In this document: one piece after another, positions 12,225 through 23,952 of the stretch | Layout: each line of letters begins with the position of its first letter | Position numbering within the stretch: the stretch's first letter is position 1 | Source: Octopus vulgaris | Taxonomy: Eukaryota | Reading direction: 5' to 3' | Assembly (NCBI GenBank): GCA_951406725.2 | Contig: OX597826.1 | Location: forward strand, 23,064,001 to 23,128,000 | Length of the DNA stretch: 64,000 nucleotides | Program-made: the position numbers and the translations under genes | Notes under the pieces: generated by a model | The model's database searches: none | What the model was told of the DNA's origin: nothing | The model's input: only the letters and a program-made list of their open reading frames with translations

Positions 12225-12822
12225 AAGTAGCTTGCTAACCTTCGTCGAAGTCGGACGTGTTTTTTTTGGCGGAGAGTTCTTGCTGCTTGATGTCATGTCT
12301 TTCGTCGTGAAATATTGTATTTTGAGGCTCGACTACAGGTAGGCGTTTGTTGTATTTTTTGAGGGCTTAGTGGAGTGTGTTGCTCTGTATTTAATATTTT
12401 TTGGTGAGTAATAGACTCCACTCTGCTCCAGACATTTTTCTGCCTGTGGCCGCCTATAAAGACTCACTTTTGCAGTGAGAATTGTGTTTTTGAGGAGGCG
12501 TAGTCCTCCGCAAAAATTAATTTGTTTTGAAATTGTCTTTGTGTTTTCCACTGGATTTACCACGGAGTACCAAGGGTTACCAAGGACTGTTTTTGCAAGG
12601 TATTTTACCAATTGGACAAATGGCCAGGAGTACCTTTTCGGCCGAAAAATTAATTCCTTTGTCTGAATTTGAACTCTCTTCGAGCTATCGTTTATTTTAA
12701 AAAGAACTTTTTTGAACTGTTATTTTTATTGTATTTCTTCTCTTCTGTTGTGTTTTCCTTCTCCTTTTTGTGTCTTATTTTCTTTTCTTACATTTTGAAC
12801 TTTAATTGAACTTTGTGTTGAA

Positions 12823-13962
12823 ATGGCAAAGGAATTTCTCGTGTGGGACTTGAAACCTCCCAAAAAATATTTACAAGAGCTGGAAAGAAAGACCGTGGTG
12901 TTGAGGACTTATTTGAAGTCGCTCGACACCATAGCCGTCTTCCCGAAGGCCACAATTTTAAATGAGCTGGCAGACTACATGCCAGCCATTAAATTTATCT
13001 CACGGGCAGTGAAATACGCAACGGTCTGGTTGCTATTTGACTCCCCAAAGAAGCTTGCGACTTCGCAAGCCAGCCCCTTGAGGGCAAAGAAATATTGTTT
13101 CTTCCAAATTATATGGGGAAAAAATTATTGAAAGCTTGGATCTGCGGCCTACCACCCGGAGTTGAGCCCGAATGGATAGAGGACTCTATCCGCCGGGGTC
13201 TGGATGGTAGCAGTGCCAAGCTGCTGAATGTTAAAGTGTTGCCTGCGGCAGATTGGGAGGGGTCGAAAGCAGTTTTGACCCTATGGATCCAATCAGCCGA
13301 AAGTCTGGTTTTTCCAGATTTCTTGAGGACGGCTGGGTCCAGGTATCCGGTGATGCTTGAGGGACGCCCCCCCCACAAGTGTCACCTGTGCCTGGAGATG
13401 GCCACATTAAGAAGAATTGCCCCAGGGACCAAAGTAGAATCCTGGAGTAGTTAATGGTGGAATCTCTCCCTGCCCCCCCCCCCCAATGGAGGGAGAGAAG
13501 CAGAAGAGTGACGAGGAGGTTGTTACATCCTCAAAACGTAAAAGAAAGGTGGACAACAATGGTGACCCACCGAAAGACCCGGGAGCTGCGGGAGAAAAGA
13601 GGACCCGTTGTGTGCACTACAGGAACCTCAAACTCCCGCGGCCCATGGAAAAAAGAAAAAAAGAAAAAAGAGAAACGGGACGCCGCAGGCGGATTGTGAC
13701 ACGCAGACGGCGTCTCCCGAGCCTCCTCAGGCGGATGTGCCCCCGGAGGTCAGAGATGTGGTCCTCTTCCACAAAGGAGGGACCATTGAGAATGAAATAA
13801 GGAAAATGAAAAGGAGGGGCCAATGGGAGGGACTTCGGTCCTGCACGGAGGACCCTGAGTGGCCTTCGCAGGTGGCTTCGGAGGTCTTACGGGAAAGTGA
13901 TCTGTGCAGGATCGTGAATTCCTTCCCGGAAGACTCCTATAGATTTGTACCTGTGTGGTCTT
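12823..13962 (+). pseudogene. ORF1/gag-like protein copy A (RRM-like region plus CCHC knuckle), frameshifted
   Basis: ATG at 12823; stitched frames give MAKEFLVWDL...VWLLFDSP...KAWICGLPPGVEPEWI...LVFPDFLRTAGSRYPVMLEGRPP.CHLCLE.GHIKKNC followed by a K/E-rich tail. Confidence 0.75.
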
Positions 13963-14985
13963 CCCGAGTGCCACAATTTTGAATGAGCTGGCAGATTACA
14001 TGCCAGCCATTAAATTTTTTTCACGGGGAGTGAAGTATGCAGCGGTCTGGTTGCTATTTGACTCCCCCCAAGAAGCTTGCGATTTTGCAAGTCAGCCACT
14101 CGAGGAAATCATGTTTCTTCCAAGCTACTGTGGAAAGAAATTATTGAGAGCTTGGATCTGCGGTTTGCCACCCGGAGTTGAGCCCGAGTGGATAGAGGAC
14201 TTTATCCGCCGGGGTCTGGGTGGTAGCAGTACCAAGCGGCTGATTGGGAGAGGTCAAAAGCTGTTTTGACCCTATGGACCCAATCAGCCGAAAGTCTGGT
14301 CTTTCCAGATTTTTTTAGGATGGCCGGGTCTAGGTATCCGGTGATGCTCGAGGGACGCCCCCCCCCCAAGTGTCACCTGTGTCTGGAGACCGGCCACATT
14401 AAGAAAAACTGCCCCAAGGACCAAAATAGGATCCTGGAGCAGTTAATAGTGGAATCTCTCCCTGCTCCCTCAATGGAGAGAGAGAAGGAGGAGGATGACG
14501 AGGAGGTTTCTACATCCTCGAAAAAAACGAAAACGAAAGGTGTACAACAATGGTTGACCACCGAAGGACCCGAGGGCTGCAAGAGAGAAGGAGGACCTGT
14601 TGCGTGCGTCACAGGAAACTCACCCTCTCGCGGCCCAAGGGAAAAAGAAAAATGGGACATCGCCGGCGGGTTGTGACACGCTGCCGGCGTGTCCCAATCC
14701 TCCTCCGTCGGGTGTGCCGTTGGAGGATGAATTTGTGGTCCTCTTTCACAAAGGAGGAACCATAGAAGAAGAAGTAAAGAAAATGGAAAGGAGGGGGCCG
14801 ATGGGAGGGACTTCTGTCCTGAGTGGCCTTCACAGGTGGCTGCGGAGGTCCTATGGGATAGTGATCTGTGCAGGATCATAAATTCCTTCCCGGAGGACTC
14901 CTATAAATTTATACCTGTGTGGTCCGGCCTGGAACCGGGTGCATGCTTCAATGAAGCAAGGATACTGGTCGGCCGGATAACCTGA
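13958..14985 (+). pseudogene. ORF1/gag-like protein copy B, 5'-truncated and diverged from copy A
   Basis: VFPSATILNELADYMPAIKF...CHLCLETGHIKKNC (CX2CX4HX4C)...FNEARILVGRIT*. Confidence 0.75.
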
Positions 14986-15268
14986 ACGAGTCTAAAAAAT
15001 GTGAAGCATGTGACTTTTTGTGTGTTTTAAAAAAGAAAAAAGAATTCTGAACACTGTGTTGTTTAAGCAAGAGGTTTATTGCCTCATTGTGTTTTTGGGG
15101 GAAAAGGAAAAAAGAACATTGTTTTAGAGAAGCGAAAGTCGGCGGGCGCTTTTCGTGTTCTCCCATCATCATCATTTTTGCCTCACCATCATTCATACCG
15201 TTAATGTCCATGTCCAGCCCGCAAAGCTGCCATCTGTGTAACGCCCTTGTGACAAATTATATGAAATA

Positions 15269-15657
15269 AAGTAGCTTGCTTACCAAGCACATGGTTCCGG
15301 GTTCAGTCCCATTGCGTGTGCGTGGCACCTTGGGTAAGTGTCTTCTACTATAGCCTCGCGCCGACCAAAGCCTAGTGAGAGGATTTGGTAGATAGAAACT
15401 GGAAAGAAGCCCGTCGTATATATGTATATGTATATATATGTGTGTTATTGTGTGTCTGTGTTTGTACCCCCAACATCGCTTGACAACCGATGCTGGTGTG
15501 TTTACGTCCCTGTAACTTAGCGGTTCGGCAAAAGAGACCGATAGAATAAGTACTAGTCTTACAAAGAATAAGTCCTGGGGTCGATTTGCTCGACTAAAGG
15601 CGGTGCTCCAGCATGGCCACAGTCAAATGACTGAAACAAGTAAAAGAGTGAAGAGAG
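15269..15657 (+). mobile_element. tRNA-derived CORE-like SINE body (from the insertion site onward)
   Basis: AAGTAGCTTGCTTACCAAGCACATGGTTCCGGGTTCAGTCCC...CACCTTGGGTAAGTGTCTTCTACTATAGCC...GAAACAAGTAAAAGAG; same family as 19925-20315. Confidence 0.88.
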
Positions 15658-15981
15658 TATCTATATAATGGAGTTTCAATGTTTAACACCCCCACAACCC
15701 AATATGGAAGGACGAGCAACCACCATCTGTGCTCATACTGCAATTTTTAGAGTGGCACTGAAGTTATGTCTCCAAGGCTCAAGCCCGGATTGGAGCTGAG
15801 TCAACCTCTTTGAACTAATATTCACTCTTTTGTCACCATTGCCCATCACTTTAAATTACACTCGTTATTGCTGTGATAACATTAATACCATAACAATTAT
15901 AATTTTAAAGAAAGGAAAGCAATTCTTTTCATGTGTAGCAAAGAGAACAAATCAAAACAGTCGCACATTTCAAATATTATA

Positions 15982-16507
15982 TTGGGTTGTCCGGAAAGTT
16001 CGTGTCGATTTATAGTAGCTTACCTTTCGATTTATTTTAGAACGTAGTTGAGTCCATACTCGTGAAATAGGATTTGACTACACATCCATTTAGAGCACAG
16101 TTTAAGCTATCTTTTCGTGGAAGAAGGTTTATGTTCCTATAACCTGTGTTATTTTCGGCACTTGATGCTTTGGGAACCAGACAAAAATTGCTGCAGCTCG
16201 GCTGGGATGTGTTAACCCACCCTCCATATTCACCAGATATTGCTCCTTTGGATTTCAGGTCTCTGCAGAATAGTCTTAATGGTAAAAATTTCAATTCCTT
16301 GGATGACGTAAAAAGATACCTGGATGAATTCTTTGCCATGAAACCACCTCAATTCTGGGAAGAGGGTATTTTCAAGTTAAAGGGAAAGATGTAGACGCAT
16401 TGTCCAACAAAATGATTCATATTTGGCTGATTTAAAATGTAAAGGCAGGTATTTATTGACCTTTTTCTTTCCTTTAAAAATCGGCACGAACTTTCCGGAT
16501 AACTCAA
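15982..16507 (+). mobile_element. Internally deleted mariner
   Basis: TIRs TTGGGTTGTCCGGAAAGTTCGTGTCGATTT / AAATCGGCACGAACTTTCCGGATAACTCAA, TA flanks; GWDVLTHPPYSPDIAPLD motif. Confidence 0.9.
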
Positions 16508-16650
16508 TATATTATATATTTTTTTACGATATATTACGCGCAGAACAGTTGGAATTCTTTGATTTGTCGTTTTTCTTTTCCGTCCTAATTCTTAACCCGC
16601 TTCCTTCCCCCTCCCCCCTCCTCAGTAGACCTAATCAATGATTAACCTGT

Positions 16651-16748
<98 letters not shown>
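16651..16748. repeat. (GATA)n microsatellite (one of many TA/CA/GATA/TACA tracts)
   Basis: Directly visible. Confidence 0.95.
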
Positions 16749-16749
<1 letters not shown>

Positions 16750-17101
16750 ACAGGCAGGCAGACAGGCTGGCAGACAGACAGACATATGTCATATACAAAG
16801 AGTATTATTATTGTTCTTTGTCTTTGTAGCTTAATTAGCAATCTAATAGTCATTTGTGATAATAATAATAACAAGAGTTCATTTGTAAAAACAACTAGCT
16901 CTATTGTTAGGCAGATTCTTTCACCTGTTTTATATTAATAACAAGCTTTATAACGCACACACACACACACACGCAAACACGCACACGTGTGCGCGCGCAC
17001 ACAAGATAATTTTACGAAAACGGAAGAGCTGTAATTAATCATTTGTATGTGTGTGCTTGCGTGTGTGAGTGTTTGTGTGTATTTGTATGGCTATGTATGC
17101 G

Positions 17102-17203
<102 letters not shown>

Positions 17204-17422
17204 TATGTATATACTTATTGGCGCAAACACGCTGTCATAAACATATTTAGCATTAGATATTGGATTTTGTACGCATTTTGTATATGGTGGTCATTGAGTG
17301 CGTTTTCATGTGTGTCCGAGCGTGTGTGTGTGCATGCATGTTATGTATTTTTAAACACACACACACACACACACACATACAAGAATCGTCACACATACAT
17401 GTATATAAGAATCACTTGATGT

Positions 17423-18180
17423 ATATACGAAGTGTAGTAAAAAAGTATCCGATCTTGATTTTCTTTTTCTTGTTTCTTTTTTTGCACAAAATAATAATGG
17501 GTCAGCAAAATCCGTATGGGTGTTATGTGGCTGCGTCCTTCCTGAGCATGGGCAGTAGGTTGCGCCATTCGCCCGCAGTGACGCGTTGGGTACAGACATG
17601 AAGAGTGTGCTGTGCGGCTTCTCTTCTTGAGTCAAGATGACCGAGAGCATTGCACGAAGATACTCTACCAAATACTTGGTGATAAGCAAGCCCAGACTAT
17701 CGAGAAGATTCAAAAGGCCTTTGGAGATAATGCAATGGGGAAAATAGAAATAAAGGAGTGGTACAACTGGTCCAAAGATGACCGCATCTCAGTGAATAGT
17801 GAGCCATATTGTGGCCAGACATCGTCGCCTTAGTGCGGCGAAAACGACCCAGCCTGTGGGCAGCAAAAGAACTGGCAACTCCGCCATGACAACACACCCG
17901 CTCATTCCGCCCACGTTGTCCAAGCATTCCTCGTCGAGCAAAACACCACATGTTCGTCAGGTTTCCTCTCCCAGACTTGGTTCCGTGTGAGATTTGGCTA
18001 TCCCTAAAGCAAAAAAAAAAACACTCAAGGGAGAAGATTTGAGTCAATAGAGGACATTAAGCAAAATTCAACGGCACAGCTCTACAGCTTCCCGAAAATT
18101 GATTTCCAGAAATATTTCCAGCAGTGGCAGGAACGCTGGCAAAAGTGTGTAGACTCCCAAGGCGAATATTTTGGAGATAT
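17423..18180 (+). pseudogene. Decayed, deleted mariner transposase
   Basis: HTH region GDKQAQTIEKIQKAFGDNAM..IKEWYN; HDNTPAHSA-like and SPDL-like remnants. Confidence 0.7.
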
Positions 18181-18199
18181 TTAAACTAATTAAATTTCA

Positions 18200-19313
18200 T
18201 TTTGCAGGATAATCTGCAAACATAGAAGAGTCTAAGGAGCATTTGAGGTACATACTGCTTTATCACTTTAAAAGGGGGAACTCTGCAGCTGAAGCAATTC
18301 GAAATATTCACTCAGCTTATGGAGAAGAGTGTCTGAATGAAAGAACTTGCAGAAGGTGGTTTGGAAAAATCAGAAGTGGAAATTTCAACCTTGAGGATGA
18401 GGCTCGAACAGGACGTCCAATTGAGTTTGATGGCAAGCTCCTTTTGGCAGAACTTGAAAAAGATCATGCAGTTTCAGATGAAGAATTTAAGAAGCAAACT
18501 TCATTCAAGCCATGCAATTGTTTACCTTCATCTTCAACAGCTTGGATAGGTCCCAAAACTCAGAAAATGGATGCCTCGTGATTTGTCTGAAACCAACCGC
18601 AAATACCAAATGGACATCTGCTCTTCTCTTCATTCTCGTGAACTCTTCTCGGACAGACTCATTCTGGGCAGACTGGTGACCGGTGATGAAAAATAGGTAT
18701 TTTATCAAAATGTTTAGCGTCGTAGACGTTGGCTTAGTGAAGGGGAAAATGCCCAACCACAACCGAAAAGGGAACTCCATGCGAAGAAGGTTCTTCTCTC
18801 TGATTCATGGGATTGCAAAGGGGTCGTCCACTTTGAGTTGCTACCAACTAATGCAACAATCAATGCTCAAATCTATTGTTAGCAATTAGAGCGTTTGAAC
18901 ACTGCTTTGAAGAAAATAAAGACTTGCTTTAGTGAATCGAGAGAAAGTGGTGTTTCTTCAGGACAATGCAAGACCACACACTGCAAAGATCATGTCACAT
19001 ATGATCGAGAAACTTGACTGGAAAAAATTTACTCATCCATCTTATTCCCCAGACCTTGCTCCTTCAGATTACCATCTGTTCCGTAGTTTATAGAATCATT
19101 TGGAGGGATTAACTCTCGGAACAATTGAGGAAGTTGCAATTGATCTTTCAGAATTCTTCACTTCGAAACCAAAAGAGTTTTTCACTAATGGAATTAAAAA
19201 TCTTACGAGTAGATGGAAAGATGTGATCAAATCTTATTATCTAAGAGATAATAAGATTTGATCACTTGTTTTTCCTTATTTAAAATCCGAACATTACTCA
19301 TGAGATGACCTGA
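18200..19313 (+). pseudogene. Near full-length decayed mariner transposase
   Basis: YILLYHFKRGNSAAEAIRNI..ERTCRRWF..LEDEARTGRP; WMPRDL, LVTGDE, QDNARPH, HPSYSPDLAPSDY motifs across frames. Confidence 0.88.
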
Positions 19314-19474
19314 TATATACATGTGTGTGTGTGGGGGGGGTTCAAATTTACAGAAGACAAAAGACGAAGGCAAATAAGGGAACAAAAAGCAGGTGTATTA
19401 GTTTGACGCTCAGGAAGAATGGAAAGTCTTTGACATTTCTAGCCTGTGCTCTTCAGCAGAAGTATATACATATG

Positions 19475-19559
<85 letters not shown>

Positions 19560-19924
19560 TAAACAACCTCGCAACACCGGACGCTACTACAAGTTTAATG
19601 GCTATAGAAGTACTTAATGTTCTGTAGTTAAAATTATTTAGATTAATCGGCCAAAAGATATAAATACTGCATTAAAATACTTTTTATATGATACATACAT
19701 ATATATATATATGTATGTATCATATATATATATGATATATATAAATATATATATGAGATATATATATATTATATAAATGTATCTATATATGAAATATATA
19801 TTTATATATATCATACATATAAATATGATATATATATATATGATATATATATATATATATATATATACATGATACGAGAATGAAGAGAAGAGCAGATGTC
19901 CATTTGGTATCATGTATATACATG

Positions 19925-20315
19925 TGTGGTAAGTAGCTTGCTTACCAACCACATGGTTCCGGGTTCAGTCCCACTGCGTGGCACCTTGGGCTATTGTGTC
20001 TTCTACTATAGCCTCGGGCCGACCAAAGCCTTGTGAGTGGATTTGGTAGACGGAAACTGAAAGCAGCCTGTCGTACATATGTATATATATATATGTATGT
20101 GTGTGTTTGTGTGTCTGTTTTTGTCCCCCTAGCATTGCTTGACAACCGATGCGGGTGTGTTTATGTCCCCGTCACTTAGCGGTTCGGTAAAATAGACCGA
20201 TAGAATAAGTACTGGGCTTACAAAGAATAAGTCCCGGGGTCGAGTTGCTCGACTAAAGGCGGTGCTCCAGCATGGCCGCAGTCAAATGACTGAAACAAGT
20301 AAAAGAGTAAAGAGT
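19925..20315 (+). mobile_element. CORE-like tRNA-derived SINE with uninterrupted target site
   Basis: GTGGTAAGTAGCTTGCTTACCAACCACATGGTTCCGGGTTCAGTCCC; serves as the empty-site reference. Confidence 0.88.
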
Positions 20316-20316
20316 A

Positions 20317-20376
<60 letters not shown>

Positions 20377-20503
20377 TAATTAAGGGCTAAAGAGGGTTAT
20401 TCTAAAGCCAATACACCGATTTATCCACTTATAATCCGCTTGCTACAGGAGAATTGAAACTGAAAACGGGCAACTAACCTTTAGAAAATTTAAATTTCGT
20501 TAT

Positions 20504-20565
20504 CTCTATATTGAATCAATTTCGGAATTAATCTTATAAAAAGATATATTCTTTCTTCAGTAGAG
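20504..20565 (-). ncRNA. Type I hammerhead ribozyme (inverted copy)
   Basis: Reverse complement of 20944-21005. Confidence 0.65.
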
Positions 20566-20943
20566 CTTTCGATGGGATATAAATAAAATACTCACGTATG
20601 ATCATGGAAAAAGCACAAGCTAAAAACATAACTACACTTGAGTACATCATTTATATCTAAAAATAAAAATTCTTTAAATATACTGCCCACGCTTCCTGAT
20701 GGATTCCTTTTCAGTAGAGAAAGGGACTTCATCCTATATTGTTAGTAGTAAACTCGCTGCTTGCTACGGGAGGACCGGTAACCATTACAATTTGTAGCGG
20801 CGAAAGGTCAAGACGTTGTTTCTGAGGCTGACCAAAGAATTTTTATTTTTAGATATAAATGATGTACTCAAGTGTAGTTATGTTTTTAGCTTGTGCTTTT
20901 TCCATGATCATACGTGAGTATTTTATTTATATCCCATCGAAAG

Positions 20944-21005
20944 CTCTACTGAAGAAAGAATATATCTTTTTATAAGATTAATTCCGAAATTGATTCAATA
21001 TAGAG
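20944..21005 (+). ncRNA. Type I hammerhead ribozyme
   Basis: Stem I CTCTA/TAGAG, core CTGAAGA, stem II GAAT..ATCTT/AAGAT..ATTC, GAAA, stem III ATTG-ATT-CAAT, cleavage triplet AUA. Confidence 0.7.
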
Positions 21006-21240
21006 ATAACGAAATTTAAATTTTCTAAAGGTTAGTTGCCCGTTTTCAGCTTCAATTCTCCTGTAGCAAGCGGATTATAAGTGGATAAATCAGTGTATTG
21101 GCTTTAGAATAACCCTCTTTAGCCCTTAATTATATGATGTTTATACTTCAACCGTAACGGTTTTTTTAAATACACTGCCCACGCTTCCTGATGGATTCCT
21201 TTTCTGTAGAGAAAGGGACTTCATCCTATATTGTTAGTAG

Positions 21241-21308
<68 letters not shown>

Positions 21309-21309
<1 letters not shown>

Positions 21310-22155
21310 TAGCAGAATTGCCCGGCGTTGCTCGGGGCTGAATTGCTTGAAAGTACTGTTAATGATTGCACTGAATTATGATGATTATTCAGGCAAATAT
21401 TGATATAAGTTTACGGTGGGAGATAAGGACTTAACGATAAAACGTGTGCCATTGCATTGTTTTGGGGGAACCAAATTTCTGATGAGCATTATAGGGGCAC
21501 CAACTTTAAGTTTGAGAAAGTGTGGTGGTAGTCCGGGGTGCTCAAAGGAATTGAGTACCTCTATTGGATAGTTGATGACGTCCTCTGGGTCAGGAGTTGT
21601 ATCGATAGACTGATATACATAGACTTCCCCAGGAATGAGTTTTAGCATTTCATCATTAATATGGTGAACAGTTTTATTCCTCGGGGCCAGTATAGCCTTT
21701 TTGCCAATCCAATCCATATTCTGATAATTAGCTTGTAGATCTGGGAACACTGCATCTCTGAGATCAGAAGGCGTCTTAACAATGGTACAAATGGAATCGA
21801 TGGCAATATTACCATTTTCATCCCCTGGTATTTTGCCTTCGCCAAGTGCAAGGAGGGTGTGAGGAAATGCTGCTGATGTGATATTACGTCGCATATGAGC
21901 ACGCATATTGGTGTGAAGTTTGAGAGTTACTTCCCTTTATTAAAAAAATATGCATTAAAATGGAAAAAAATGATGGTAAATTATTTGTAAAATCATAGAC
22001 TCATCGTAGACGCGCGCTAATAACCCAGAAGGGCTCGATATGAATCACGACTATAAGATACCCGGTTTTGGTTAAACTGCATTGCAAAATGTGGGAGTAG
22101 TTAGGAATCTAAATCGGAGTAGACAGACACACAACCTTTCTTTTATATATAAATA
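21309..22155 (-). mobile_element. Helitron derivative carrying a PIF1 helicase fragment
   Basis: 3' hairpin CCCGAGCAACGCCGGG plus CTAG|T on the minus strand; ORF 21385-21906 has AILAPRN, HINDEML, PPHFLKLKVGAPIMLIRNL..CNGTR (RepHel helicase). Confidence 0.9.
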
Positions 22156-22998
22156 TTTTCGTCCTAAAAAACTTTGTATGGATTGAATGGTTACCTCTAT
22201 GGAAATATATACACGCACATTATACATACATCTGTGTATAGATGAATATATAAATACATTTAAATATCTATATACACTTTTGGGCGATCGTTCTTTTTCT
22301 TAGAGATAACTTTAGATCTTATATTCGTCCTAAAAAACTTTGTATGGAGTGAATGGTTACCTCTATGGAAAAATATACACACACATTATACATACATCTG
22401 TGTATAGATGAATATATAAATACATTTAAATATCTATATACACTTTTGGGCGATCTTTCTTTTTCTTAGAGATAACATTAGATCTTATATTCGTCCTAAA
22501 AAACTTTGTATGGAGTGAAAGGTTACCTCTATGGAAATATATACACACACATTATACATACATCTGTGTATAGATTAATATATAAATACATTTAAATATC
22601 TATATACAGTTTTGGGCGATCTTTCTTTTTCTTAGAGATAACTTTAGATCTTATATTCGTCCTAAAAAACTTTGTATGGAGTGAATGGTTACCTCTATGG
22701 AAATATATACACACACGTTATACATACATGTGTGCATAGATGAATATATAAATACATTTAAATATCTATATACACTTTTGGGCGATCTTTCTGCTACTTG
22801 TATATACTTTAGATCTTATATTCGTCCTAAAAAACTTTGTATGGAGTGAAAGGTTACCGCTATGGAAATATATACACACACATTATACATACATCTGTGT
22901 ATAGATGAATATATAAATACATTTAAATATCTATATACACTTTTGGGCGATCTTTCTGCTACTTGGATATAGGTCTTATATTCGTCGTAAAAAACTTT
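22153..22998. repeat. Minisatellite, ~166 bp unit x5
   Basis: ATATTCGTCCTAAAAAACTTTG recurs at 22321, 22487, 22653 and 22818, with variants at 22153 and 22978. Confidence 0.92.
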
Positions 22999-23678
22999 CC
23001 TGTCACACACTCACGCACACACACACACACACACACACGCATCCTCACACACACACACACGCATCCTCACACACACACACACGCACACACACACTCACAC
23101 ACACACGTTAGCTTACAATTTTATTTATATATTTGCGTGTCTATGTGTGTAAAGTGGAAGTGGGAATGTAAAGTGAAATAGTCACTCACTACAGAAAGTG
23201 AATTAATTTCACTTTATTCGTTGCACACTGTGTGTGTGCGTGTGCATGTGGTGTAAACCACATTAAGAAAAGCATTTGACATACACACCAGAATGTGAGT
23301 TTTCTGTAAATTTTGCTTAATTGGAGTTTAAATTTTAAAAACTGGACCTGGCATGACCCGATGCATTCTACTCTTAAAAATGCTAGGTAAATTGTAATTG
23401 AAGAAATCCTATATTGTAGATTTCTATAACTGACAAAGGGAGGCAGATAAAATCTGGCTTTTATAATAAGAGATATATATATGATATATATATTTATATA
23501 TATATGATATATATATATATCATATATATATAAATATGATACATAAATATATGATATATATACATGATATATATATATATATATATATATGATATATATA
23601 TATATATGTATATATATGTGATATATATGTATATATATTTATATATATCATATATATATGTATATATGTATATATATG

Positions 23679-23720
<42 letters not shown>

Positions 23721-23952
23721 GCGAACGAAGTGTACCAAAATATATTTATTTTCTCTAGTGTGTACCGCAAGCAAAAGAGAAAAAAAACTGCAGAAAAAAG
23801 TTCGCGAACGACTGGTTTTATAACCAGAGGATTTTTCGATGGTTCCAAGTAACCGATGCTTTTATGTATAGAGCGATTCTTCTAGTTAGAAATGAATGAA
23901 GAAATTAGTGGCATTTTTCTGCTGCTGCTGCTGCTGCCGCTGCTTCCATTTA

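Larger units (their letters stand above)
12237..15268 (+). mobile_element. ORF1-only non-LTR retrotransposon (L1/Tx1-like ORF1), two fused units
   Basis: ~590 bp 5' UTR, ORF1 copy A, ORF1 copy B, ~280 bp 3' UTR with terminal AATAAA; flanked by identical AAGTAGCTTGCT (12225-12236, 15269-15280); no RT or EN sequence. Confidence 0.8.
20369..21242 (+). mobile_element. Non-coding Penelope-type pLTR/retrozyme-like element (inverted plus partial tandem arrangement)
   Basis: 307 bp inverted arms 20369-20675 / 20834-21140; 78 bp direct repeat 20673-20750 / 21165-21242; embedded in (TA)n. Confidence 0.7.

Noticed and set aside
20745-20812. HDV-like ribozyme hint (hairpin followed by GGCGAAAGGTC)
   Set aside because: Could not build P1/P3/L3 in the required nested order.
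22153-22998. CRISPR-like array or retrozyme array
   Set aside because: Whole units repeat with no unique spacers; no hammerhead core; eukaryotic context.
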